Assembly (NCBI GenBank): GCA_040220235.1
Contig: JAVJTO010000006.1
DNA: 64,000 nucleotides
Reading direction: 5' to 3' (one strand)
Source of the DNA: Coleofasciculus sp. B1-GNL1-01
GTDB taxonomy: Bacteria > Cyanobacteriota > Cyanobacteriia > Cyanobacteriales > Coleofasciculaceae
The position numbers were made by a program, and so were the translations under genes. The notes under the pieces were generated by a model that worked only from the letters and a program-made list of their open reading frames with translations, was not told the origin of the DNA and searched no databases. How positions within the stretch are numbered: the stretch's first letter is position 1; every line of letters starts with the position of its first letter. Shown piece by piece: positions 9,839-19,147 of the stretch.

Positions 9839-11287
9839 ATGCAACATTCTCAAGGTATTGCAGCTTACGAAACAGTAAATAATGGTTATATCAGACGGCG
9901 ACAACTTCAAGGAAATGCTGGTAGTTTACTCTTATGGGGTTTAGGGGTTGGTGCTGTTATCTCAGGTGATTTCTATGGTTGGAACTATGGTTTAGCCGCC
10001 GGAGGATTCTGGGGGTTCAGTATTGCCGCTGTCTTGATGGCAATTATGTATCTCTGTTTGGTCTATAGCAGTGCTGAACTCTCAGCCGTCCTCCCCCATG
10101 CGGGCGGATTCTACTCGTTCACCCGTTATGCCCTTGGTCCGTTTTGGGGCTTTATTTGTGGGATTACCGTCACGATTGAATATGTCCTGGCTAATGCGGC
10201 GCTGGTGTTCAGTTTAAGCAATTACCTCAAGCCTTTATTTCCCAATCTGCCCAGTTTTTTTATCTGGGTATTTGCCTACGCTGTGTTTTTGGCAATTAAT
10301 ATCCGAGGTTTTGAACTGAGTGTGACAGTCTGTCTTTGGCTAACCATCATCGCGATGACAGTATTAGGCATCTTTTATGTGAGTATGCTGGTTTCAGGTG
10401 AATTCAATTTTGACCTGCTGTTTAATATTCCGGCTGAACCGGGACAATCAGAAACCTGGTTACCGAATGGCTGGTTTGGAGTGTTTGGCGCGATTCCTTT
10501 TGCAATTTGGTTGTATCTGGCGATTGAACAATTACCGATGACGGCGGAGGAAACCGATAATGTGCCTCGAAATATGCCAACGGGAATGATTTCTGGTATG
10601 TTTACCCTGATTATTCTGTCAATTTTCACCGTAGTGATTAACTCCGGTGTTGGCGGGGGCGCGGTGGCGATTGGGCAATCCGATGCTCCCCTGCAAGATG
10701 GGTTAGAGGCTTATTTTGGCGTCGGCGCAACCAGTACTATTGTCACAGCACTGGCGCTAATTTGTGGTTTAATTGCCAGTCTCCACGGTAATATGTTTGC
10801 CTACGGACGGATTATTTTCTCCCTATCCCGTGCTGGGTATTTACCCCGTTGGTTATCAGTCACGAGTAAAAGTCATACCCCCCATCGGGCATTAATTGCC
10901 GGGGCGACGATTGGATTTATCTGTGTGCTACTGGTGAGTACTGGTATTCAAGCTGTCGATGCTGTGATTTTGAATATGGCTGTGTTTGGGGCATTAATTT
11001 CCTATATTTTGGTCATGGTTAGCTACATGAAGCTAAAAGGGAATCCCTATTTACCGAAACCCTACGAAAGCCCATTGGGAACAGCGGGAGCATTTGTGGG
11101 TTTGGCTTTAGCCACATTTGCCCTAGTTGCTTGTATTTCTATACCCGATTACCGAGGCGGTGTTTGGGGGATTGGCGTAGCGCTGATTGTGGCAAGTGTC
11201 TATTTTTTAGTGTTCCGCAGCAATCGACTGGTGGCTCAAGCCCCGGAAGAAGCGACGGCGTTGGGATTAACGGGGTATCAGGAGTAG
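9839..11287 (+). CDS. APC-family amino acid/amine permease, ethanolamine permease (Eat)-like
   Basis: ~12 TM; Y..RRQL...AG..LLWGLGVGAVISGDF.GWN.GL, AELS...PHAGG.Y, PFAIW..LAIE, C-terminal LVA.APEE. Confidence 0.8.
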   Translation: MQHSQGIAAYETVNNGYIRRRQLQGNAGSLLLWGLGVGAVISGDFYGWNYGLAAGGFWGFSIAAVLMAIMYLCLVYSSAELSAVLPHAGGFYSFTRYALGPFWGFICGITVTIEYVLANAALVFSLSNYLKPLFPNLPSFFIWVFAYAVFLAINIRGFELSVTVCLWLTIIAMTVLGIFYVSMLVSGEFNFDLLFNIPAEPGQSETWLPNGWFGVFGAIPFAIWLYLAIEQLPMTAEETDNVPRNMPTGMISGMFTLIILSIFTVVINSGVGGGAVAIGQSDAPLQDGLEAYFGVGATSTIVTALALICGLIASLHGNMFAYGRIIFSLSRAGYLPRWLSVTSKSHTPHRALIAGATIGFICVLLVSTGIQAVDAVILNMAVFGALISYILVMVSYMKLKGNPYLPKPYESPLGTAGAFVGLALATFALVACISIPDYRGGVWGIGVALIVASVYFLVFRSNRLVAQAPEEATALGLTGYQE

Positions 11288-11374
11288 GGATTTGGTTACC
11301 AAACCCCTAGTGGTTGGGTTTCGCCGAGTAATTTTTTGAAGTTTTACCCAGGCTTTACCGTTGAACAACCATCT

Positions 11375-11402
11375 GTAGGGGCAATTCATGAATTGCTCCT
11401 AC
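11375..11402. repeat. REP-like palindrome downstream of the permease
   Basis: GTAGGGGCAATTCA-TGAATTGCTCCTAC. Confidence 0.8.
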
Positions 11403-11980
11403 TTCTTAATGTTTGTGTAGTGATTTACATCTTTTTTGGTCTAAAGTCAAATGATTTTTTTTAAAGACTGCGTAAAGTTCCCATCATCTTGTTGATCTGA
11501 GCAGGAAATTGGAATATTATACGAACAGATGAAATACAAGTCATACGCTTGTCTTACGGGCGACAAAAGCCGACCAACTCAATCGTGACCGATACTCTAT
11601 CCCTCTGGTATCGCTATGGCAGAAAAACTTTACTGTATTAAGCTTTGTAAATCGCCCTCAACCCCTTACTGTTCCCTGTTCCCTGTTAAGAGTTCCCTAC
11701 TCTCAACCGTTAACTTGAATTGTGTCCACCGACTTATCATACCGAAAGCAATATTGATTGGGGTTCTGACTAGAGTTTTATCCCCCTTGAGCATCAAATA
11801 TTCTCTATCGGATTTAACGTATTTTTGAGGAATAACTATTAAATTTATTTCTCAACTAAATTGCTGAATCTAATTGGGTAAAAGGGAATAAGTAGGTGAC
11901 ACTAAAAAAATTGCCCCCGGTATCAAATAAAAAAATAGCGAACAGCTATATTTTTAGTGGCACATCACCGAACCGAACTA

Positions 11981-12104
11981 AGCTGTTATGCATTTAAATT
12001 GGGTATTAGTAGCGAGCAAGATGCAAAGCCTGCGGCATGGCTTCGCTAAACGCACTACAAGGCTTTCACCCTTATTGACATTAAGGTTGAAATGCCGGAC
12101 AGCT
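11981..12104. mobile_element. 124-bp MITE with TA flanks and nested REP
   Basis: TA-AGCTGTTATGCATTT...AAATGCCGGACAGCT-TA imperfect terminal inverted repeats; left part repeated at ~49986-50024; internal 51 bp repeated in reverse complement at 47617-47667. Confidence 0.75.
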
Positions 12105-12147
12105 TAAACCTAAAAAAGACCACTGTAAACCTGTTTCAAGGGAAACT

Positions 12148-15100
12148 ATGATGAATCGTTCCTTTCAATCATCATTAGAAATTGAGCAACTCTACGGTAT
12201 TCCTGAACCAAATAAAAAACGTGAATTACAGCAGCGACTTGAACAGTTAAACCAAACTCAAACTTACTATCCCGCCGATTACTGTATTCATCAATTAATT
12301 GAACAAGCAGAGCGTCGCACACCAGACAAAATCGCGATTCGGTTTGACGGGCAAACCCTAACCTATCGGGAGTTGAACCGCCGCGCCAACCAGGTTGCCC
12401 ACTACTTACAAACGCTACAGGTTAAACCCGATGTACTGGTGGGGATATGTCTAGAGCGATCGCTCGATATGATCGTGGGTTTATTGGGGATTCTCAAAGC
12501 TGGAGGTGCTTATGTTCCCCTTGATCCCGCCTATCCTCAAGAACGATTAGCCCTGATGATTGAGGATTCCCAAGTCCCTGTCATCGTCACCGAACAAGAC
12601 CAACTGATAAGATTACCCGACACCCAAGCCCAAGTGGTTTGCTTAGATAGCGATCGACAGACCATTACCCAACATAGTTCAGAGAATTTAGACAGTGGTG
12701 TCACGCCTGACAACTTAGCCTACACCATCTATACCTCCGGCTCAACCGGGAAACCCAAAGGCGTCCAAGTGCTGCATCGTGGGGTGGTCAATTTCCTCAC
12801 CTCAATGAGTATCGCCCCTGGACTTACTCCAAAAGACACCCTGCTGGCTGTCACCACCATCTGCTTCGACATTGCCGCATTGGAACTGTATTTACCCTTA
12901 ATCGTTGGTGCTGATATTGTCTTAGTCACGCGAGATGTCGCCGCTGATGCAACTCAGTTAATCCCGGTTTTGCAAGAATCCGGGGCTACCGTCATGCAAG
13001 CCACCCCCGCCACTTGGCGGATGTTATTAGCCGCAGGTTGGCAGGGAAATCCCCAGCTTAAAATTCTTTGTGGGGGGGAACCCATGTCCCGCGAATTGGC
13101 GCGTCAACTCTTAGAACGCAGTGCTTCCCTGTGGAATATGTACGGACCGACGGAAACCACGATCTGGTCAGCCGTGCATCAGGTAGAATCGGCGGACAAG
13201 ACTATTCCCATTGGTCGCCCCATTGCCAATACCCAAATATATCTGGCTCATTCTGAGCAAAATTCATCTGACCCGATTAAATTTGTCCCAGTAGAAGAAC
13301 CGGGAGAATTGCTGATTGGTGGGGTTGGTTTAGCACGAGGGTATCTTAACCGACCTGACTTAACTGATGAACGATTTATTCCCGATCCCTTTAGTTCAGA
13401 ACCGGGTGCCCGTCTCTATCGCACCGGAGACTTAGCCCGGTACTTACCCGATGGGACTCTGGAATGCTTAGGTCGCTTGGATCATCAGGTGAAAATTCGC
13501 GGCTTTCGGATTGAACTGGGTGAGATTGAATCCGCCCTCTATCAACATCCGGGTATCCGAGACGCGGTGGTTGTCGCCCGTGATGACAGTTCGGGCGAAA
13601 AGCGCTTAGTTGCCTATCTCGTCAGTGACTTAGACGTTGAAAATGTTCCCCTAGAAACAAAATGCTGGGTAGCGTGTGAGGGAAATCCAGAAATTGAATT
13701 AACCACCAGCAATTTCTCGGTCAATAGTATTCGGTTACTTCATGCTCCCGCCTCCTGGCGAAACGGTCAATCCTTGACGCTGCGTTGCCAGTTTCCTGGC
13801 GTTCCCGATGAACTTCAACTTACTGGAACCATCGCTACAAAAGCCCTGGAATGGGTAGATGTTTCCCTAGACACCACCTCCAGCCAACAGACATGTTTAC
13901 GTCAGAGTATCAAACACATTGCCCAAACCCAGGGATTAGCCGTTCATGACTTACGCCGCAAAGAACCCCGCACCCCGCTAACGATTAATTGTCTGGCGGA
14001 ATTAGAATCGGGTGAAAAAGTCCAGGTGATAACGCAAAATATTAGCCAAGAGGGAATTTGCTTAAAGGCAACAACGGCTAATCCCTGGCAAATCGATCAG
14101 CGCCTATTACTCCGATTACAATTACCCGGAGGTGAAACCCCGTTATGGTTGCAAGGTCATATTGTCTGGCAGTTTGAAGACTATGTTGGCGTCCAGTTTG
14201 ATACTACAACCAGCCAGAAGGCGAAACTCCATCGCAGCTTAGGCAATTTGCGGACAGAACCCCGTATTCCCCTCCAGATCAAGGGTCGGGCGGAATTTGA
14301 GTCGGGTCAACAAGTGGAAGTGATCACGCAAAACTTCAGCCGCAATGGGATTAGCTTAAAGGCGCTCACCCCGACATTTTGGCACAACAATCAACCTGTA
14401 CTTTTGCGGGTACAACTGCCAGGGGTGGACAATCCCTTGTGGCTGCAAGGCACTGTGGTTTGGCATGTTGAGGAAAACGCTGGGGTGATTTTTGAGACCA
14501 CACCCACCCAGCAGGAGCAAATCCATCAGAGTATTGAGCTGATCGTTAAAACTCAAGGATTATCGCTGGCGCAGTTGCGATCGTTCCTGAGTGATAAGCT
14601 ACCGACTTATATGGTGCCCTCAACCTTTGTGTTAGTAGATAGCCTGCCCCTAACACCCAACCGTAAAGTCGATCGCAAGGCGTTACCTGACCCCAACCAA
14701 GCGCAACAGGTGGCTCAGGATACCTTCGTCGCACCGCGCACACCTGTTGAACAGGAGTTAGCCCAAATCTGGGCAACTGTACTCGATGTTGAGCGTGTGG
14801 GTGTGTATGACAACTTCTTTGAACTAGGGGGACATTCGCTGCTGACAGCGCAACTGTTATCGCAGGTGCGAGAACAATTCCAGGTGGAGTTACCGTTGTT
14901 TGCTCTGTTTGAAGCGCCGACTGTAGCGGAACTGGCTCAAACGATTACCGCCAAGACTAACGCTGATCCGTCTCAACCGGAAGGGGATGGGACAACGGTG
15001 ACGGGTACAATCGCGGTCACGAATTTAGCCAACGATGCGGTTTTGGATGAGACGATTTATCCAGAAAAGCCCTATCGTCAGCCAGACACTGCACCGGAAA

Positions 15101-16200
15101 AGATTTTGATTACAGGCGCGTCAGGTTTTCTGGGAGCGTTTTTATTGCGGGAATTACTCCAGCATACGAATGCTACCGTCTATTGCTTAGTCCGTGCCAA
15201 AACGCTGGAGGCGGGTCAGCAAAAAATTGCCGCGAGTTTCAACCGCTATTTACTTTCATCAGATAAGTTGGAGTCGCGGGTTGTCCCGGTGTTGGGTGAT
15301 TTAGCTCAACCGAGGTTGGGACTATCAGAGTCGCAGTACGAAGCGTTAACTCGCGAGATTGACTGTATCTATCACAATGGGGCGTTTGTCAACTTAATTT
15401 ATCCCTACAGCGCCTTGCGATCGGCAAATGTCCTGGGAACTCAGGAAATTCTCAAATTAGCCAGTAAAACCAAGGTCAAACCCGTTCACTTTGTCTCAAC
15501 GCTGGATGTGTTTCAATCGCCGCGCTATGCTCAGATGTCGGTGATTTTAGAACAGGATAGCTTGGAATCAGGGGATGACCTGTCTGATGGTTATGCTCAA
15601 AGTAAATGGGTGGGTGAGAAGTTAGTTAAACAGGCACACGCACGGGGGATTCCGGCGTCGATTTACCGACCGGGTATGATTACCGGACATAGCCAAACCG
15701 GGGCGTCTCAACAGGGGGATCTAATTGACCGATTAATTAAAGGGTTGATTCAATTGGGAAGTGCGCCGGAGTTGGACTTAAATCTCAGTTTGACTCCTGT
15801 AGACTATGTGTCCCAAGCGATCGCCCATCTGTCCCAGCAACCGGATTTATTCGGTCAATCGTTTCACTTGGTTAGTCCGGAGATGGTATCCTTACAGCAA
15901 CTCGTGGACGAAATTCGGGCTATTGGTCATCCAATTGAATGGATGGATTATTCTACCTGGCAAGATAAGCTGGTTCAGGTTGCCAGTTCCCAGCCTGACA
16001 ATGCGTTGAGTCCATTGGTGTTCCTGTTTACTCAATGGGTTGGTGAAAGCCAACGCCCCTATCTGGAAACAGCGGCTTTAGTCTCTCAGGCGTTTGATTC
16101 CCAGAATACGTTAGCGGGTTTAGCCGGAACGAATATTGTCTGTCCGTCAGTTAATAGTCAGGTGATTCGGGCTTATCTGAACTATAACCAGTTGGTTTGA
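12148..16200 (+). CDS. Standalone NRPS-like reductase: A domain (interrupted by 3 PilZ-like domains) - PCP - thioester reductase
   Basis: A cores YTSGSTGKPKG, FDI, YGPTE, YRTGD, GRLDHQVKIRGFRIELGEIE, LPTYMVP, PNRKVDR; insertion with RRKEPR..NISQEG and RTEPR..NFSRNG; PCP FFELGGHSL; R domain GASGFLG and YAQSK. Confidence 0.9.
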   Translation: MMNRSFQSSLEIEQLYGIPEPNKKRELQQRLEQLNQTQTYYPADYCIHQLIEQAERRTPDKIAIRFDGQTLTYRELNRRANQVAHYLQTLQVKPDVLVGICLERSLDMIVGLLGILKAGGAYVPLDPAYPQERLALMIEDSQVPVIVTEQDQLIRLPDTQAQVVCLDSDRQTITQHSSENLDSGVTPDNLAYTIYTSGSTGKPKGVQVLHRGVVNFLTSMSIAPGLTPKDTLLAVTTICFDIAALELYLPLIVGADIVLVTRDVAADATQLIPVLQESGATVMQATPATWRMLLAAGWQGNPQLKILCGGEPMSRELARQLLERSASLWNMYGPTETTIWSAVHQVESADKTIPIGRPIANTQIYLAHSEQNSSDPIKFVPVEEPGELLIGGVGLARGYLNRPDLTDERFIPDPFSSEPGARLYRTGDLARYLPDGTLECLGRLDHQVKIRGFRIELGEIESALYQHPGIRDAVVVARDDSSGEKRLVAYLVSDLDVENVPLETKCWVACEGNPEIELTTSNFSVNSIRLLHAPASWRNGQSLTLRCQFPGVPDELQLTGTIATKALEWVDVSLDTTSSQQTCLRQSIKHIAQTQGLAVHDLRRKEPRTPLTINCLAELESGEKVQVITQNISQEGICLKATTANPWQIDQRLLLRLQLPGGETPLWLQGHIVWQFEDYVGVQFDTTTSQKAKLHRSLGNLRTEPRIPLQIKGRAEFESGQQVEVITQNFSRNGISLKALTPTFWHNNQPVLLRVQLPGVDNPLWLQGTVVWHVEENAGVIFETTPTQQEQIHQSIELIVKTQGLSLAQLRSFLSDKLPTYMVPSTFVLVDSLPLTPNRKVDRKALPDPNQAQQVAQDTFVAPRTPVEQELAQIWATVLDVERVGVYDNFFELGGHSLLTAQLLSQVREQFQVELPLFALFEAPTVAELAQTITAKTNADPSQPEGDGTTVTGTIAVTNLANDAVLDETIYPEKPYRQPDTAPEKILITGASGFLGAFLLRELLQHTNATVYCLVRAKTLEAGQQKIAASFNRYLLSSDKLESRVVPVLGDLAQPRLGLSESQYEALTREIDCIYHNGAFVNLIYPYSALRSANVLGTQEILKLASKTKVKPVHFVSTLDVFQSPRYAQMSVILEQDSLESGDDLSDGYAQSKWVGEKLVKQAHARGIPASIYRPGMITGHSQTGASQQGDLIDRLIKGLIQLGSAPELDLNLSLTPVDYVSQAIAHLSQQPDLFGQSFHLVSPEMVSLQQLVDEIRAIGHPIEWMDYSTWQDKLVQVASSQPDNALSPLVFLFTQWVGESQRPYLETAALVSQAFDSQNTLAGLAGTNIVCPSVNSQVIRAYLNYNQLV

Positions 16201-16221
16201 CATAATTGCTGGATAACGACC

Positions 16222-16254
16222 AGATCCCCGACTTCTTGAAGAAGTCGGGGATCT
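16222..16254. terminator. Strong hairpin/REP just after the NRPS stop
   Basis: AGATCCCCGACTTCTT-G-AAGAAGTCGGGGATCT. Confidence 0.6.
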
Positions 16255-16280
16255 AATTATCGTATCTGCCAATTGAGTAT

Positions 16281-16342
16281 AGGGCGACCCGATCTAATTG
16301 AGTGGATACAGGTGTTCATTGAGGCAAGCGGGTCGCCCCTAC
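16281..16342. repeat. REP-type element AGGGCGACCCG...CGGGTCGCCCCTAC
   Basis: Similar copies at 47679-47741, partial 47756-47806, and 49776-49894. Confidence 0.8.
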
Positions 16343-16516
16343 AGGGGGAATCTCAGATGTGTGTTTGATCTATACACACCATAAGCGCGATCGCGGAAAT
16401 CTTATCGTCTCGGAAAAACTTGACCTGCTTCAATTTGCAGACAACCAACGACCCTTATAATGGGTAAAAGAATGTAAAGAAGTAATAACGACAAGATTTA
16501 GGGACACTTACCTATT

Positions 16517-16879
16517 GTGTTTGTTCTTAGCGGCTACGAATATTTCCTAGGGTTCTTACTGGCAAGCAGTTTAGTCCCCGTCCTCGCACTAGCAGCCTCA
16601 AAGCTGCTGCGACCCAGCATCCGTGACCCCGAACGCCGGACGACCTACGAATCTGGCATGGAACCGATTGGGGGCGCTTGGATTCAGTTCAATATCCGGT
16701 ACTATATGTTTGCCCTGGTCTTTGTGATTTTCGATGTAGAGACCGTGTTTCTCTATCCCTGGGCAGTGGCATTCAATCAGCTAGGACTACTAGCGTTTAT
16801 CGAAGCACTCATCTTTATTGCAATTCTCGTCGTTGCCCTCGTTTACGCTTGGCGCAAAGGAGCTTTAGAATGGTCGTAA
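16517..16879 (+). CDS. ndhC: NDH-1 subunit 3
   Basis: [37 protein letters not shown]. Confidence 0.97.
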   Translation: MFVLSGYEYFLGFLLASSLVPVLALAASKLLRPSIRDPERRTTYESGMEPIGGAWIQFNIRYYMFALVFVIFDVETVFLYPWAVAFNQLGLLAFIEALIFIAILVVALVYAWRKGALEWS

Positions 16880-17105
16880 ACTACCCCGTCCATGGTTAGG
16901 CATGGAAGAGGCTTTCCAAAAGCCTATGTTTACCAGCCTAAGTTCTGCCTTGAACTACGTTATGTCTAAGTGTTAAAGTTCGTACCTACAGATGCGTAGC
17001 TAGTCTGTAGCTCTACAACTCCAGCATTAAACAGGTTATAGGGAAAAGCCAGTGTGTTGGAGAAAGTACCGAGACATAACTTTGGCGAAGCTAACGTTAC
17101 CCCGA
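16876..17105 (+). ncRNA. Putative omega-RNA/HEARO structured RNA (3' boundary approximate)
   Basis: Motif order matches HEARO/omega-RNA as recalled; long-range pairing e.g. GTTATGTCT with AGACATAAC, CTACAGA with TCTGTAG, CTCCAGCA with TGTTGGAG. Confidence 0.7.
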
Positions 17106-17324
17106 CAGGGAGGGGCGCAAGCCCAATCAAACAACCCATATCCGTACAGGTTAAAAGCACGAGGAAAGTAACTACCCAGGCGACAGGCAAGGGCAATATG
17201 CCGAACGTCGGCGAGTAAATCCAAGGCGGTAGGGGTTTAGAGATTTTTGTACTTTACCTAGGAGGCGCGGCTTTCTAACTGCCCATACTATCTATGGATG
17301 AGGTATCCAGTCGCGAATATTTGG
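16876..17324 (+). mobile_element. Non-autonomous IS200/IS605-type element carrying an IscB omega-RNA (HEARO-like) scaffold, no ORF
   Basis: 5' GTAAACTACCCC + hairpin, then ACCAGCCTAAG...CTACGTT...GATGCGTAGCTAGTC...TTAAACAG...CCAGTG...TTGGCGAAGCTAACGTTACC; right end GCGCGGCTTTC...hairpin...GTATCCAGTCGCG; removal restores the ndhC/ndhK overlap; no target-site duplication. Confidence 0.8.
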
Positions 17325-18068
17325 ATGAATACAGATACAGCAAACGCGGCACCCCAAAAGCCGCAACCCAAAGAAAAAATTCTCAATCCCATCAGTCGTC
17401 CTCAGGTCACGCAAGACCTCTCAGAAAACGTCATTTTGACGACAGTAGACGACCTCTATAACTGGGCTAGGCTGTCCAGCCTGTGGCCCATGATGTATGG
17501 CACCGCCTGCTGTTTCATTGAATTTGCGGCGATGATTGGGTCTCGGTTCGACTTTGACCGATTCGGATTAGTGCCGCGTTCGAGTCCCCGACAAGCGGAT
17601 TTGATTATTACTGCTGGTACAATCACGATGAAAATGGCACCGGCGTTGGTGCGTCTGTATGAGCAAATGCCGGAACCCAAATATGCGATGGCAATGGGGG
17701 CTTGTACAATTACCGGGGGGATGTTCAGCGTCGATTCGACAACCGCCGTGCGGGGTGTGGATAAGTTGATTCCTGTGGATGTTTATATTCCTGGCTGTCC
17801 ACCTCGTCCCGAAGCAATTATGGATGCGATCGTTAAACTTCGTAAGAAGGTGGCAAATGAGTCTATCCAGGAACGGGCAACTCTGAGTCCAACCCACCGC
17901 TATTACAGCACCACTCATAGCATGAAGGTTGTACCCGATATTCTCACAGGTCAATACTTGCGGTCTGAAAATCGCCACACTCCACCGAAGGAGTTAACCG
18001 AAGCGATGGGAATGCCTGTACCCCCCGCACTGAAGTCTTCTCAACAGCAGGAGGTCAATCGTGGCTGA
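17325..18068 (+). CDS. ndhK: NDH-1 subunit K
   Basis: [32 protein letters not shown]; start set at the first ATG after the inserted element. Confidence 0.96.
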   Translation: MNTDTANAAPQKPQPKEKILNPISRPQVTQDLSENVILTTVDDLYNWARLSSLWPMMYGTACCFIEFAAMIGSRFDFDRFGLVPRSSPRQADLIITAGTITMKMAPALVRLYEQMPEPKYAMAMGACTITGGMFSVDSTTAVRGVDKLIPVDVYIPGCPPRPEAIMDAIVKLRKKVANESIQERATLSPTHRYYSTTHSMKVVPDILTGQYLRSENRHTPPKELTEAMGMPVPPALKSSQQQEVNRG

Positions 18069-18597
18069 AGAAGAGTCCAAAGAACAGACCCAAGAAAATA
18101 CGGAAGAATCCCCACTCGCTGAGACAGGAGAAGTCCACGGCTGGCTGAAGGAAAACGGCTTTGAAACCGAGTTAATGGAACCGGATCACCTGGGAATTGA
18201 GGTGATTAAGGTACAACCCGAGGTCTTGATTCCCGTTGCCACGGCTCTGTATGCTTATGGGTTTAACTACCTGCAATGTCAAGGGGGTTATGATGTCGGT
18301 CCTGGCGAAGAGTTGGTCAGCTTCTACCATTTAATTAAGATCAGCGATGATGCTGAGCAACCTGAAGAAGTCCGGGTGAAGGTATTTCTACCACGAGAGA
18401 ATCCCAGCGTGCCATCTGTCTATTGGATTTGGAAGAGTGCTGACTGGCAAGAACGGGAAACCTACGATATGTTCGGCATTGTCTATGAAGGACACCCCAA
18501 CTTGAAGCGGATTTTGATGCCGGAAGATTGGGTAGGCTGGCCCCTGCGGAAGGATTATATCTCGCCTGACTTCTATGAATTGCAGGATGCTTATTAA
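18061..18597 (+). CDS. ndhJ: NDH-1 subunit J
   Basis: [37 protein letters not shown]. Confidence 0.96.
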   Translation: MAEEESKEQTQENTEESPLAETGEVHGWLKENGFETELMEPDHLGIEVIKVQPEVLIPVATALYAYGFNYLQCQGGYDVGPGEELVSFYHLIKISDDAEQPEEVRVKVFLPRENPSVPSVYWIWKSADWQERETYDMFGIVYEGHPNLKRILMPEDWVGWPLRKDYISPDFYELQDAY

Positions 18598-18718
18598 TTT
18601 GAGCAACTCCTTCCAATCTTAAAAAGTAGTGCGAGCATCTTGCTCGCCTACTTTTAAACAAGAGTAAGTAAAGTCAGACCATAATTGTTACAGGTAGCTT
18701 TGCGAGCCAAATAATTGG

Positions 18719-18904
18719 TTAAAGATTACCGCTTGATTCAGGAAATGTTCGCTTGAATTCCTCAATTAAATCGTCTAGTTCTTCGAGGGCTTGATTAACA
18801 TCGATTCTCAGAGTACCTAAATTTGGTTCCTCCAACAGTTTGACGAGAAACTCTCGCTTGCTCTCAATGACAGTTATGCGCTCTCGCATGGCTTGTGAGT
18901 CCAT
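18719..18904 (-). CDS. Small hypothetical protein (coiled-coil)
   Basis: 61 aa; plausible RBS AAGGATAGGA; LGTLRIDVNQALEELDDL. Confidence 0.65.
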   Translation of the reverse strand: MDSQAMRERITVIESKREFLVKLLEEPNLGTLRIDVNQALEELDDLIEEFKRTFPESSGNL

Positions 18905-19147
18905 AATTCCTATCCTTTAGTTTCGCTATTTCTCTAATTGGCAAACCAACAATGATATAAGTTGAGGCGTTCCCTCAACCCAGGCATATCAACGATCTGT
19001 GGAGAGGTACACCCAAACAATAGACCGATTTCCTGGGTCGTACATCTGCCATAACTAAATAGTAGCATGCTGTTGTTTTATCCTTCCCATAAGCAAGGAA
19101 TAAGTTTCCAGGATTTCAGTTGATGATTTAATTACTGAACTGGTATC

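Noticed and set aside
16966..17224. Short minus-strand ORFs in the ndhC-ndhK gap
   Set aside because: They are antisense to the structured RNA element and carry no IscB/TnpA motifs.
17298..17324. Track start of ndhK at 17298 (MRYPVANIW)
   Set aside because: It lies inside the right end of the inserted element; ATG 17325 matches the reconstructed ancestral N-terminus.
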